The notes under the pieces are model-generated. The model did not search any database. It was not told the origin of the DNA and saw only the letters and a program-made list of their open reading frames with translations. This document shows positions 19,192-29,778 of a DNA stretch of 64,000 nucleotides, piece by piece. This DNA is from Candidatus Kapaibacteriota bacterium (lineage in GTDB: Bacteria; Bacteroidota; Ignavibacteria; Kapaibacteriales; UBA961): positions 32,003-96,002 of the forward strand of contig JBMSYN010000001.1 of NCBI GenBank assembly GCA_049426725.1, given 5' to 3'. The first letter of the stretch is position 1; each line of letters starts with the position of its first letter. Position numbers and translations under genes: made by a program.

Positions 19192-20325
19192 TTATTGATA
19201 AATCCGACCTTTCCATATTCTCTTCCTTCCTGGTAGTGACCATACAATAGAATTTATCCCTATAATAATGGTTAACATTGCACTGAATGGTTGGAGTAAA
19301 ACATGGAACAAAGGTAGTCTAAACTGTAGTGTTGCAAAAAGCCGAATGATCATTCCTAGAGAAAGTAAAACAATTGACCATCTCAAAAGAAATATATTTT
19401 TTGATATAATACTATAAATGGCAAGAAAGAACGGAAAGACATAAACATTTATTACATGTACTAAAAACAATACAAAAGGAATGATTTTTTCCTGAAATCC
19501 AGCGAAGAAGTTTTTTGAAAAACCTTTGAATACTTCATCAAACCCGGTATACATTGAACAAGATACAATGGAAATCGCATTTGCCAATACAACTTTATAT
19601 CCATTTATTTTTGTAAGCCTAGCTATGTCAATATCTTCAACTAAACTATCTTTTACGGATTTATGTCCTCCAATAGCTTCATAAGCATCTCTGTGAAACA
19701 ACATGATTTGTCCATTCGCCGCCACAAGAGATGGATTTCTCTTACTGTAAATGAAGGAATTGGGTAAATATCCATGATACAATACATGCATAAAAGGAAC
19801 CATTAAATGTTCCCAAATTGATGATAATTGCTGATAAGGGACTGCTGTTAGTAAATCTGCTTGTAATTGCTGGGTTTGTTGAATCAATGAATTCAATGAA
19901 TAGGGAGAATGCTTCGTGTCCGCATCCGTAAAAAGAAAATAATCACCTTTTGCATGTAAAGATAATACATGACATGCATGGGATTTCCCTATCCAATTTT
20001 TGGGCAATTCGGATGAATTTACAATTTGTATCAGATTGGGATATTGACTCTTTAATTCAGAGAGAATAAGCGAGGTAGAATCTCTTGAATCATCATTGAG
20101 AATGATGATTTCGTAATTGGGATAATGTTGATTGGACAGACTTTCGATACAATCTCTAATGCATCGTTCTTCATTTCTGGCTGGCACCAAGACAGACACA
20201 AAAGGTAAATGTGCATGTATGTCCAGTGACCTCTTTACTTTGATAAAAGTAAAGAAATTATACAAAGAAATGCAGCAAATGACTGTAAGCACACTTGCAA
20301 GAAACCAGAAGAAGATTTCAAACAT
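19192..20325 (-). CDS. Family-2 glycosyltransferase, integral membrane
   Basis: GT-A motifs VSVLVPARNEE, NDDSRD and FTDADT are present. There is one N-terminal and about four C-terminal TM helices. The track start at 20337 is GTG; the ATG is at 20325. Confidence 0.7.
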   Translation of the reverse strand: MFEIFFWFLASVLTVICCISLYNFFTFIKVKRSLDIHAHLPFVSVLVPARNEERCIRDCIESLSNQHYPNYEIIILNDDSRDSTSLILSELKSQYPNLIQIVNSSELPKNWIGKSHACHVLSLHAKGDYFLFTDADTKHSPYSLNSLIQQTQQLQADLLTAVPYQQLSSIWEHLMVPFMHVLYHGYLPNSFIYSKRNPSLVAANGQIMLFHRDAYEAIGGHKSVKDSLVEDIDIARLTKINGYKVVLANAISIVSCSMYTGFDEVFKGFSKNFFAGFQEKIIPFVLFLVHVINVYVFPFFLAIYSIISKNIFLLRWSIVLLSLGMIIRLFATLQFRLPLFHVLLQPFSAMLTIIIGINSIVWSLPGRKRIWKGRIYQ

Positions 20326-20365
20326 TTCCAACTTCACTTGCTTTGGTTTGAGAAATGGGAAACAA

Positions 20366-21808
20366 TCAAGAATTCATTATTTGAAGAAATTCTCTATTGT
20401 CTTTTGTGCTTTCAAGTTTTGACAACAATAATTCCATTGCTTCGATGCTTGTGAACTCACTAAGTACTTTTCTAAGAATCCATACTCTAGCAAGTTCTTC
20501 TTGTGATAGAAGCAATTCATCATGTCTTGTACTAGATCTATTGACATCAATCGCAGGGAATATGCGTCTTTCTGCAAGTTTGCGATCTAGGACAAGTTCC
20601 ATATTACCGGTGCCCTTGAATTCTTCAAAAATCACCTCATCCATTCTTGAACCGGTATCAATCAAAGCGGTTGCTATGATTGTAAGTGAACCTCCTTCTT
20701 CAATATTCCTTGCTGCACCAAAAAATCTCTTTGGTTTATGCAAAGCATTTGCATCAACACCTCCGGATAGAATCTTTCCTGAATGAGGAATCACAGTATT
20801 GTGAGCTCTTGCCAAACGGGTTATGGAATCCAATAGAACCACAACATCTTGCTTTGCTTCAACGAGTCGTTTTGCTTTTTCCAATACCATATCTGCAACT
20901 TGGACATGTCTTTCTGGTGGTTCATCAAAGGTAGAAGATATGACTTCAGCACGCACAGAACGCTGCATATCGGTAACTTCTTCCGGTCTTTCATCTATCA
21001 AAAGAACAATCAATTTTACTTCGGGGTGATTCCTTGCAATACTATTCGCAATTTTCTGGAGCAAAACTGTCTTACCGGATTTTGGAGGAGAAACAATAAG
21101 TCCTCTTTGTCCTTTCCCTATCGGCGCAAGTAGATCTATGATGCGCATAGGATATTCTGCTCTGGTTGTTTCCAGAATTAGTTTTTTATCAGGATATAAT
21201 GGTGTAAGATTATCAAATATTGTTCTATCACGCATTACATCAGGAGATACAAAATTGATTGAATCAACTTTAAGCAATGCAAAAAACCGTTCACCTTCTT
21301 TTGGTGGGCGTACATGACCTCTGATTGTATCACCGGTTCTCATTCCAAATTTTTTGATTTGAGATGGTGAAACATATATATCATCGGGAGAGGGCAAATA
21401 ATTGTAATCTGCTGCTCTCAAGAAACCATATCCATCTCCCAAAACTTCCAATACTCCTTCACCCAGAGTCCCTTCTGATTGCTGATCTCTTGACTGTTTT
21501 TGAGCTTGTACTTCAATAATCTTAAAAATCAATTCTTGCTTACGAAGATCACTATAATCCTCGATTCCCAAAGATTTTGCAATTCTTGTGAGCTCAACAA
21601 TCTTTTTGGATTTGAGTTCAGCAATATTTATCACACCTGATGATTGTTGCATGTCAGGTTGTGATGGAGTTTGTGCATCTCTTTCACGATGGGGAGTCCT
21701 TTCTTGATATGAGGGTCTCTCATGATCATGTGAACTATGTGAATGTTGTTGAGATGTACGTCTAGGTGTACCCACACCCGGTCTGGTGGAATTTCGCGGA
21801 GAACGCAT
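20366..21808 (-). CDS. rho: Transcription termination factor Rho
   Basis: N-terminal helix bundle ([23 protein letters not shown]), RNA-binding domain and Walker A ([17 protein letters not shown]) are present. The C-terminus [14 protein letters not shown]...STRHDELLL matches. A 52-aa Arg/His/Ser/Pro/Gln-rich N-terminal extension precedes M53; an alternative start at 21652 is possible. Confidence 0.85.
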   Translation of the reverse strand: MRSPRNSTRPGVGTPRRTSQQHSHSSHDHERPSYQERTPHRERDAQTPSQPDMQQSSGVINIAELKSKKIVELTRIAKSLGIEDYSDLRKQELIFKIIEVQAQKQSRDQQSEGTLGEGVLEVLGDGYGFLRAADYNYLPSPDDIYVSPSQIKKFGMRTGDTIRGHVRPPKEGERFFALLKVDSINFVSPDVMRDRTIFDNLTPLYPDKKLILETTRAEYPMRIIDLLAPIGKGQRGLIVSPPKSGKTVLLQKIANSIARNHPEVKLIVLLIDERPEEVTDMQRSVRAEVISSTFDEPPERHVQVADMVLEKAKRLVEAKQDVVVLLDSITRLARAHNTVIPHSGKILSGGVDANALHKPKRFFGAARNIEEGGSLTIIATALIDTGSRMDEVIFEEFKGTGNMELVLDRKLAERRIFPAIDVNRSSTRHDELLLSQEELARVWILRKVLSEFTSIEAMELLLSKLESTKDNREFLQIMNS

Positions 21809-21974
21809 TACATAACCAAAAAATGAAACAATGAAAGAATATGGAGAGGTTAATATTGAGGGAAAATGTAGACCTTCACCCGTGCCAGGCCTTTAAACCA
21901 ATAAATAAGCTGCTGACACAAAAATAGGTATTGGAATTGATTTTGCAAGTGTTTTTTATGATTTTAGGCAATAA

Positions 21975-23198
21975 TCAAGAAAAAAGGCGATAAACTTCTT
22001 CTAATGCTGCAATGCAAACGTCTATTTCATGTTTCGATGTATACATTGCGAATGATATTCTGGAGGTTGAAGGTACTTTATAAAAACTCATCAAAGGGTG
22101 GGCGCAATGGTGCCCTGCTCGTATACAGATTCCTTTTTTGTCTAAAATGCTTGCTATGTCATGAGGGTGTACACCTTTCATCGCGAAAGACAAAGCTGAA
22201 ACATTGGTTCCATTATAACCCAAGACATCGATAAAATCTATATTTGAAATCTTTTCAATGGCATATTGCATGATCGAACTCTCATGCTGAGAAATAGCAT
22301 GCAATCCCTTACTTGATACGTAATCCAATGCAACACCCAAACCAATGAAACCTTCAATATTGGGTGTTCCAGCTTCGAATTTTGAGGGTAAATCTGCAAA
22401 GGTTGTCTTTTCAAATGATACTTTCTTGATCATGTCACCTCCCGTCTGATAAGGTGGCATTGCTTCCAGAATTCGCTCTTTTCCATAGAGAATTCCAGTC
22501 CCGGATGGACCATACACTTTATGACCTGAAAACACAAGAAAATCACAATCCAATGTTTGTACATTCACCGGAAGATGTTGTATACTTTGCGAGGCATCTA
22601 TCAAGATTGGTACATTATGATTATGTGCAATTTCTATGAATTGTTCTATTGGATTTTTCACACCAATGGCATTTGATACCCATACCATTGATACAAATTT
22701 TGTTTTCTCAGTAAACAGACTCTTATAAATCTCAAGATTTAATGTACCATCTTCAGAAATTGGAACTACTTTTATGCTACACTCTTTCTTTTCAGCAATT
22801 TGCTGCCAAGGGATGATATTAGCATGATGCTCCATAATGGTGAGGATGATTTCATCGCCCTTGGAAAATGCATATTCTCCATATGATGAAGCTACTAAAT
22901 TGATTGATTCAGTTGCTCCCTTTGTAAACGCTATTTCAGAAGAAGATTTTGCCCCGATAAACTGTCGAACGTTCTCTCGAGTATGCTCATATTTATCTGT
23001 TGAAAGCTGACTTAGCGAATATACACCCCTATGTACATTTGCATTTGTAATACGATAATGATCAACCAATGCTTCAATTACAGATAGTGGCTTCTGAGTT
23101 GTTGCCGCATTATCCAAATAAATGAGTGGATTTCCATTTACTTGCTGTTGAAGTATGGGGAAATCTATGCGGCAATTGTCAGAAAAACTCAGATTCAT
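21975..23198 (-). CDS. sufS: Cysteine desulfurase SufS (class V aminotransferase)
   Basis: LDNAATTQKP, FSGHKVYGPSGTGILYG and RAGHHCA motifs are present. It is the last gene of the suf operon. Confidence 0.85.
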   Translation of the reverse strand: MNLSFSDNCRIDFPILQQQVNGNPLIYLDNAATTQKPLSVIEALVDHYRITNANVHRGVYSLSQLSTDKYEHTRENVRQFIGAKSSSEIAFTKGATESINLVASSYGEYAFSKGDEIILTIMEHHANIIPWQQIAEKKECSIKVVPISEDGTLNLEIYKSLFTEKTKFVSMVWVSNAIGVKNPIEQFIEIAHNHNVPILIDASQSIQHLPVNVQTLDCDFLVFSGHKVYGPSGTGILYGKERILEAMPPYQTGGDMIKKVSFEKTTFADLPSKFEAGTPNIEGFIGLGVALDYVSSKGLHAISQHESSIMQYAIEKISNIDFIDVLGYNGTNVSALSFAMKGVHPHDIASILDKKGICIRAGHHCAHPLMSFYKVPSTSRISFAMYTSKHEIDVCIAALEEVYRLFS

Positions 23199-24460
23199 GA
23201 TTTATTTCCTGAACCAAGCAAGGAGGAATTCTCGAAATATGAACGCAATGGATCATAATTAATATGCCGAATTACTTCGCCAATGAAAGCTTCAGTTAGA
23301 AGAGACATAGCAGCTTGTTTTGATATTCCTCTCGCACGTAAGTAATACAATGCTTCTTCATCTACAGAACCTGTTGTTGCTCCGTGAGAACATTTAACAT
23401 CATCTGCAAATATCTCAAGCTGAGGTTTTGTATTTATTGATGAAGTTGGACTCATTAATAAAGTTCGATTGGATTGATAAGCATTGGTTTTTTGTGCATC
23501 TCTGCGAACAAATATCTTACCATTGAACACTGCAGTTGCAGTACCGGATAAGACATGCTTGTATAATTCATTGCTTTCACAATTCGGGGCTATATGATCA
23601 ACTACTGTATGATTGTCAGTAATTGAATTCTTGTCACCTGAGACTACTCCGTAAATATTATATGTTGCATATTCTTCAGCAAGAGATCCTGTTATGGTAT
23701 TTCTGACGGCATTCGAATCATGCACAATTACGTGATCTTGTACTGTTGCATTAGCTCGAACATTGGAATGACAATTATAGATAAGCACACCATTTCCAAG
23801 ACTACTTTCTACGATGATATGATGCAATTCAGAGTATGCCTCAGTTTCAACAAGCACAGAAGTATTGATTAATACTTCTGATACACTATTTGTGTGAAAT
23901 GTCTCAAGTATAGAAGCTTTTACATTCTCTTCAATATAGACATCAATAGATGGAGAGATAAGAAGTGAATCTTCAGGATTACCATCTGCTACATGTATGA
24001 TATGCAAGGGGTGTGGATGAGTATATTCACTGTTGAATCTAATGTACAACTCTTCATGTGACATAACTCTATTCAAATGCGGAAATGGATTCAACTTGGG
24101 GTCATCCGAAACTTGTTTGTCTTTTTTTCGGACTCCAATTTCTAATCCCTTGATATCCTGTACACTTTCAAGATTCAATGGAATACCATTGACCATTAAG
24201 ACATGTAAAGCGTCCTTTACATAAGGTTGGAATGATTGTATTTGATAAACGCTTTTTCCTTTACTTGCTGGAATATATTCTTTCTTGAGAAGTTGAATCA
24301 GTGGAAAGTACTTCCATTCTTCATGCTTTGGATATGGAAGACCATATTCTTGCAATGCTGAAAGAGAATGTTTAAATGACATGTCGTTGAACTCTTCATT
24401 GAATCCTGACAAGACTTTTAATTGATCGGTATATGTTTCAAATGCAGTAAGCTGTAACAT
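23195..24460 (-). CDS. sufD: Fe-S cluster assembly protein SufD
   Basis: The C-terminal beta-helix region AYQSNRTLLMS...KPQLEIFADDVKCSHGATTG matches. There is an ATGA overlap with sufS. Confidence 0.8.
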   Translation of the reverse strand: MLQLTAFETYTDQLKVLSGFNEEFNDMSFKHSLSALQEYGLPYPKHEEWKYFPLIQLLKKEYIPASKGKSVYQIQSFQPYVKDALHVLMVNGIPLNLESVQDIKGLEIGVRKKDKQVSDDPKLNPFPHLNRVMSHEELYIRFNSEYTHPHPLHIIHVADGNPEDSLLISPSIDVYIEENVKASILETFHTNSVSEVLINTSVLVETEAYSELHHIIVESSLGNGVLIYNCHSNVRANATVQDHVIVHDSNAVRNTITGSLAEEYATYNIYGVVSGDKNSITDNHTVVDHIAPNCESNELYKHVLSGTATAVFNGKIFVRRDAQKTNAYQSNRTLLMSPTSSINTKPQLEIFADDVKCSHGATTGSVDEEALYYLRARGISKQAAMSLLTEAFIGEVIRHINYDPLRSYFENSSLLGSGNKS

Positions 24461-24470
24461 GGTGATGTCA

Positions 24471-25223
24471 TTAATTGTTTATTGTTTCTTTGATCCAATC
24501 ATATCCTTTGGCTTCAAGTTCAAGAGCCAATTCCTTTCCGCCTGTTTTTACGATTTGTCCTTTGTATAATACATGGACATAATCAGGAATGATATGATTC
24601 AAGAGTCTTTGATAATGGGTGATAACAATCGTTGAATTTTCCGGAGTACGCAATGCATTTACACCATTTGCAACAATCCTCAATGCATCTATGTCTAGTC
24701 CTGAATCGGTTTCATCTAATATCGAAAGTTTGGGTTCCAACATAGCCATTTGAAATATTTCATTTCGTTTCTTTTCTCCCCCGGAAAAACCTTCATTGAG
24801 CGAACGCTGTAGAAAAGATGCATCTAGTTCTACCAATGCAGCTTTCTCTTTCATGAGGGCTAAAAAGTCCATAGCATCGAGTGTTTCTTGATTTCTATAT
24901 TTACGGACTTCATTGAGCGCAGTTTTTAAAAAATTAGCCGTGGATACTCCGGGAATTTCAACTGGATATTGAAAAGCAAGAAAAAGTCCTTCTCCGGCTC
25001 TTTCTTCGGGTGCTAATTCAGTCAAATCTTTTCCATTGAATTCTATGGTTCCATCGGTGATTTCATATTCTTCTCTGCCGGCAAGGATTGAAGCCAATGT
25101 AGATTTTCCCGATCCATTCGGTCCCATAATGGCATGAACTTCACCGGGATTTACAGTTAAATTGATGCCTTTAAGAATTGGAGTTTCATCAATCTGTGCA
25201 TGAAGGTTTGTGATTTTTAACAT
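24471..25223 (-). CDS. sufC: Fe-S cluster assembly ATPase SufC
   Basis: Walker A GPNGSGKST, ABC signature FSGGEKKR and Walker B LSILDETDSGLD are present. Confidence 0.9.
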   Translation of the reverse strand: MLKITNLHAQIDETPILKGINLTVNPGEVHAIMGPNGSGKSTLASILAGREEYEITDGTIEFNGKDLTELAPEERAGEGLFLAFQYPVEIPGVSTANFLKTALNEVRKYRNQETLDAMDFLALMKEKAALVELDASFLQRSLNEGFSGGEKKRNEIFQMAMLEPKLSILDETDSGLDIDALRIVANGVNALRTPENSTIVITHYQRLLNHIIPDYVHVLYKGQIVKTGGKELALELEAKGYDWIKETINN

Positions 25224-25258
25224 GAGTGATATTATTGATAGTGGTATAAGATATAGAT

Positions 25259-26719
25259 TTAGCCAACACTTCCTTCCAAACTGACAGCCAAAAGGCGTTG
25301 AGCTTCAACTGCAAATTCCATTGGAAGTTGATTCATAACTTCTTTACAATATCCATTGACAATCAATGCAACTGCTTCTTCAGTAGATATTCCACGCTGA
25401 TTACAGTAAAACAAAACATCTTCTCCAATCTTTGATGTTGTGGCTTCATGTTCAACTGTGGCAGTATCATTAGAGACTTCTATATATGGGAATGTATGTG
25501 CACCGCATGTTGAACCTATGAGCAAGGAATCACATTGAGAAAAGTTTCTTGCACCTTTCGCTGTCTTTTGAACTTTTACCAAACCACGATAACTGTTGTT
25601 TGATAAACCTGCAGATATTCCTTTTGAGACTATTCTACTTTTTGTGTTTTTCCCAATATGAATCATCTTTGTACCTGTATCTGCCTGCTGATGATTATTT
25701 GTGACTGCAACTGAATAAAATTCTCCAATTGAATTGTCGCCCATGAGAATGACAGATGGATATTTCCAAGTGATTGCTGAACCGGTTTCAACTTGTGTCC
25801 AGGAGATTTTGGAATTTCTTCCTTTACAAATACCACGCTTGGTTACAAAATTGTAAATACCTCCTTTTCCGTCTTTATCGCCAGGATACCAGTTCTGAAC
25901 TGTTGAATACTTCACCTCGGCACTTTCCAAAGCAACTATTTCAACTACTGCTGCATGAAGTTGGTTTTCATCTCTCATTGGAGCTGTACAACCCTCTAGA
26001 TAGCTTACATAACTTGACTCCTCAGCAACAATCAATGTTCGTTCAAATTGACCTGTGTCCTTTGCATTGATTCTGAAATATGTCGACAATTCCATGGGGC
26101 AACGAACACCCTTTGGAATAAAACAAAAAGAGCCATCAGTGAATACTGCGCTATTAAGGGCTGAATAAAAATTGTCGGAAGGAGGGACAACAGTCCCTAG
26201 ATATGCTCTTACCAAATCAGGATGCTCTTGTATTGCCTCACTCATCGAACAAAAGATGATTCCAAGTGAAGCCAATTTATCTTTGAATGTCGTTGCAACT
26301 GAAACACTATCAAGAACTGCATCAACTGCTATTCCTGAAAGCCTCTCCTGCTCTGCCAAAGATATTCCTAACTTTTTAAATGTTTCAAGTAATTCCGGAT
26401 CGACTTCATCAAGAGATTTTGGTGATACCTTTTTCTTTGGAGCGGCATAATAGCTGATATCATTGAAATCAATTTCAGAATATGAAACATTGGGCCATTT
26501 TGGCTCTTTCATGAGTTTCCACTTATCGAAGGCAGCAAGCCTCCATTCAAGCATCCATTCAGGCTCATTCTTTTTGGATGAAATTAGTCGAATGCTATCC
26601 TCATTTAAGCCTTTAGGAGCAATCTCTTGATCAATGTCTGATACGAAACCATATTTATAGTCACTTGAGACAATTTCGTCCAATATATCTTGCTGCTGCT
26701 CAGGTTCTTGATGTTTCAT
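25259..26719 (-). CDS. sufB: Fe-S cluster assembly scaffold SufB
   Basis: It is 486 aa. Conserved SufB C-terminal segments are present ([36 protein letters not shown]). Confidence 0.85.
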   Translation of the reverse strand: MKHQEPEQQQDILDEIVSSDYKYGFVSDIDQEIAPKGLNEDSIRLISSKKNEPEWMLEWRLAAFDKWKLMKEPKWPNVSYSEIDFNDISYYAAPKKKVSPKSLDEVDPELLETFKKLGISLAEQERLSGIAVDAVLDSVSVATTFKDKLASLGIIFCSMSEAIQEHPDLVRAYLGTVVPPSDNFYSALNSAVFTDGSFCFIPKGVRCPMELSTYFRINAKDTGQFERTLIVAEESSYVSYLEGCTAPMRDENQLHAAVVEIVALESAEVKYSTVQNWYPGDKDGKGGIYNFVTKRGICKGRNSKISWTQVETGSAITWKYPSVILMGDNSIGEFYSVAVTNNHQQADTGTKMIHIGKNTKSRIVSKGISAGLSNNSYRGLVKVQKTAKGARNFSQCDSLLIGSTCGAHTFPYIEVSNDTATVEHEATTSKIGEDVLFYCNQRGISTEEAVALIVNGYCKEVMNQLPMEFAVEAQRLLAVSLEGSVG

Positions 26720-26721
26720 TT

Positions 26722-27183
26722 TTATGTCGTTGAAATTGGTTCAGAAATCTTGTGATATACAGGTGTATGCAAAAAATCTTGTATGGTGATTGATGTTAGC
26801 ATCTCGTCCATTCTCTTCTGAATGATAATCATCGGATCTTTGATTGTACATGAGGAATATACAGTACATGAACATTCTTGATCTTCCATGTCATCAGTTG
26901 ATACACATTCTACAAGTTGGGAGGGCTTTCCTTCTATAGCTGAGATGACATCAGACAAACTGATTGCCGATGGCGTTTTTTGAAGAATATAACCTCCCTG
27001 AGCTCCTTGTATTGATTGCGTCAGACCTGATTTACCAAGGAGATGTAAAACTTTTGCTATGATCTCAAATGATAATCCCAAAGATTCAGCTATCTCTTTT
27101 GCTGATACCAAAGTTCCTTCCTTATTTGCAATGAACTGCAAGGAAAGCAATGCATATTCTGTTTTTTTGGTAAATCTTAGCAT
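26722..27183 (-). CDS. Rrf2-family transcriptional regulator (IscR/SufR-like) with a C-terminal Cys cluster
   Basis: It has an N-terminal wHTH ([40 protein letters not shown]) and a four-Cys cluster C-x10-C-x-C-x5-C ([20 protein letters not shown]). It is the first gene of the suf operon. Confidence 0.75.
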   Translation of the reverse strand: MLRFTKKTEYALLSLQFIANKEGTLVSAKEIAESLGLSFEIIAKVLHLLGKSGLTQSIQGAQGGYILQKTPSAISLSDVISAIEGKPSQLVECVSTDDMEDQECSCTVYSSCTIKDPMIIIQKRMDEMLTSITIQDFLHTPVYHKISEPISTT

Positions 27184-27201
27184 AACTTGTCATTATGATA
27201 A

Positions 27202-27231
27202 TTAAACAGTCACAAATATACGACTATTTAA
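27202..27231. promoter_or_regulatory. Candidate Rrf2 operator: an imperfect inverted repeat, 19-48 bp upstream of the Rrf2 start codon
   Basis: TTAAACAGTC-N10-GACTATTTAA, with 9 of 10 arm positions complementary. An adjacent near-palindrome ATTATGATAAT lies at ~27192-27202. Confidence 0.35.
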
Positions 27232-27300
27232 ACCATATATTGCTTAAATGGTCAGATTTAAGGAAAAATTGAATTGGAAAGTTCCTATCAGTGGTAACTT

Positions 27301-28029
27301 TTAGAAGAGGTCATAACGAAAGCTGTCACCGGAAAAAAGAGTGATTTGTTCAGTTCCATCTGTACAAACTATAAATCCATCATCATTTATGGATTGAACA
27401 GTAAAATACTTTCCTGATTGTACATGATAGATTGATTTTCCAATGATCTGTAATTCCCTTGCCCATCTTGAGAATATATCTTCAGAAGATTGGCCAAGGC
27501 ATGACAAAAAGTGTTGGGTGAATAGTACATACATTTTTTCAAGATCAATTTTCTTCATTAAAACATCTGAAACAGTCATTGTATGACTGTGTGAACTCAA
27601 AGAAAAGGAAGTTGAATTGATATTGATACCGATTCCAACAATGATTGATCGTATATCTTTACCGATATATTCCACCTCAATGAGTGAACCTGATATCTTT
27701 CCTGATTTCTCAAGAAATTCGATGTAAACATCATTAGGATACTTGAGAGCAATTTTTACAGTATTTGGGAATATCTCAAATAGAAAAGCTTGTACGGCAA
27801 GTGCCGCACAAGCTTGAAACACTATAGGTTTTATATTCAATCCCGGCTGAATGTTTAGGGCATATGAAAAAATGATGTCAGTGGCATCACCTGAAAGCCA
27901 CATATGACCATTTCTACCTCTCCCTGAAGATTGCTTATCTGCAGTTACTATTACTTCATCATACTCATTGAGTAATTGCTTTGCAATTGTATTAGTTGAA
28001 TCAACGATGTCATAATGAAATGACTTCAT
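27301..28029 (-). CDS. birA: Biotin--[acetyl-CoA-carboxylase] ligase, catalytic domain only (no N-terminal HTH)
   Basis: Biotin-protein-ligase motif QSSGRGRNGHMWLSGDA is present. The track start at 28044 is TTG; the ATG is at 28029 (MKSFHYDIVDSTN). Confidence 0.7.
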   Translation of the reverse strand: MKSFHYDIVDSTNTIAKQLLNEYDEVIVTADKQSSGRGRNGHMWLSGDATDIIFSYALNIQPGLNIKPIVFQACAALAVQAFLFEIFPNTVKIALKYPNDVYIEFLEKSGKISGSLIEVEYIGKDIRSIIVGIGININSTSFSLSSHSHTMTVSDVLMKKIDLEKMYVLFTQHFLSCLGQSSEDIFSRWARELQIIGKSIYHVQSGKYFTVQSINDDGFIVCTDGTEQITLFSGDSFRYDLF

Positions 28030-28030
28030 A

Positions 28031-29752
28031 TCATGGACAACCAAATGCAGACTTGTTTTTTTGTGCCGCTGTATTTTTAGGATCTCTTTTTAATGCTTCT
28101 GCATATGCTTTACAAGCATTATCCTTGTCACCTTGAGTTTGATATGCAAATCCTAAATATACATGAGGAATTGCTGATTTTTCATTTAACTCAAGCCATG
28201 CTTTGCCATATTTAATCACGCTTTGCACATCTTTACCTTCAAGAGAAACTCTGCAAATTGCTTCAAAAGCTAATTCCGACTCTTTTATTATGGAAGTATT
28301 ACCAGGATTAGTAAGAAGTGATTGTTGAGCTAATTCAACGGCATTGAGTAAATACTTTTTTGCTGAATCAGATTTTTTTAGTGCATTGAATGTATTGCCA
28401 ATATAGACTCTTCCCGAAATGGAATTTCCATCCAATGCAAGATATTCTTTTAAGCTTATCAATGCTGAATCATATTTTTGAGCTTGAAAATAACTTGAAC
28501 CAATAAAGAACCTAGACTTTACGCTATTACTATCTTCACAGTCCGCTATTCTTTTTCTAAACACTGCAATTGCTTCATCATACTTTTTCATTGTTTGAAG
28601 AAGATTTGCAAAACGGAATGCAGTATTACATTTTTTTTCAGAACCGTTTATTGATTTGTAAAATGCATCAATAGCTGTAACGGTATCTTTTGAAAAGAAT
28701 GCCGCATACCCCATTCTTTCATAATCAGTTTGGTTTAATGATGGTAAAGATCTATAAAGGTTTATGGATTCCTGGAATTTTTTAATCTCGAAATATGAAT
28801 GTGCAAGCATTGCATTTGCTTTGCCCGTAATTGAATCTATTTTACTTCGAACCAACTCTAGATGAATAGCAGCTGAATCATATTTTCTTGAATTATACCA
28901 AGCTTGCCCCGCATACCATCTACCCAACCAACCTTCTGGTCTTAAGATAGCATAACGATTGAAAGAAGCTCCGGCTTCAAGAAATTTTGAAGCGAGGAAA
29001 AAGATCTTTCCTTGTTCAAAAAAAGCAGTCGCATTTTTAGGATCAGCTTTTGTGATTTCATTCCAAGTATTCAAAGAACGGCGGAAATATTCATTGGACA
29101 ATTGTTGATCCATTTCCATATTTCCGAGTTTATAGTAAGAAGAGGCCAATTTTATTTTGGCATTCAAAATTGACTTAGTACTTAATTGTTTTCCATCAGT
29201 TGCAAGTGCGGCCTCATAATTGTCTTTAGCTAATTCAAACACCTTTTTTGCAAAATACAAGTCACCAAGTCCAATGTACACTTGAGCATTTTTATCATCC
29301 AGTTCACGAGCAACAAGAAGATTATATTCTGCTTGCAGAACAGAGTCGGTAGCCAGATAAATATTAGATAAAGTCACATAGTTTTCGGGATCTTTATCCA
29401 TTTTTTTCTTTTTTAGCAATGCATTCATTACACTTAGAGCCATTGATGACTTATTTGCTTTTGATAAAGCAAGAGCATATTCCCTGTTCAATACCGGAGA
29501 ATCATCGTCATTGTCCATCGCAATAGCCAATACGGATACAGCAGAATCGGGTAATTCCATTTCCATATAAACATCAGCGGCCATCATGAGAATGGAATTA
29601 TCTTTACGATGTTGATTGACGATTTCTGGAGTTAAGCGCAAAGCTTCAACGAATTCCTTGTCTTCGACAGCTTTTTTAAACTGATCAACATTTCCTTGTG
29701 CAAAAAGCGAATTTCCAAAAAACATCAATAAAACAAACAAAAACGAACGCAT
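28031..29752 (-). CDS. Secreted tetratricopeptide-repeat protein (573 aa)
   Basis: There is a signal peptide (MRSFLFVLLMFFGNSLFAQG) and many TPR-like W/LG-Y-A-F-A-P repeats. Confidence 0.65.
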   Translation of the reverse strand: MRSFLFVLLMFFGNSLFAQGNVDQFKKAVEDKEFVEALRLTPEIVNQHRKDNSILMMAADVYMEMELPDSAVSVLAIAMDNDDDSPVLNREYALALSKANKSSMALSVMNALLKKKKMDKDPENYVTLSNIYLATDSVLQAEYNLLVARELDDKNAQVYIGLGDLYFAKKVFELAKDNYEAALATDGKQLSTKSILNAKIKLASSYYKLGNMEMDQQLSNEYFRRSLNTWNEITKADPKNATAFFEQGKIFFLASKFLEAGASFNRYAILRPEGWLGRWYAGQAWYNSRKYDSAAIHLELVRSKIDSITGKANAMLAHSYFEIKKFQESINLYRSLPSLNQTDYERMGYAAFFSKDTVTAIDAFYKSINGSEKKCNTAFRFANLLQTMKKYDEAIAVFRKRIADCEDSNSVKSRFFIGSSYFQAQKYDSALISLKEYLALDGNSISGRVYIGNTFNALKKSDSAKKYLLNAVELAQQSLLTNPGNTSIIKESELAFEAICRVSLEGKDVQSVIKYGKAWLELNEKSAIPHVYLGFAYQTQGDKDNACKAYAEALKRDPKNTAAQKNKSAFGCP

Positions 29753-29778
29753 ATAAGATAGACCTCAATGAATAAATA

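Noticed and set aside
27192-27202. Fur box at the suf promoter
   Set aside because: Only an 11-bp ATTAT-G-ATAAT palindrome is present, with hexamer orientation opposite to the canonical 19-bp Fur box. It is kept as a note within the operator finding, not called as a feature.
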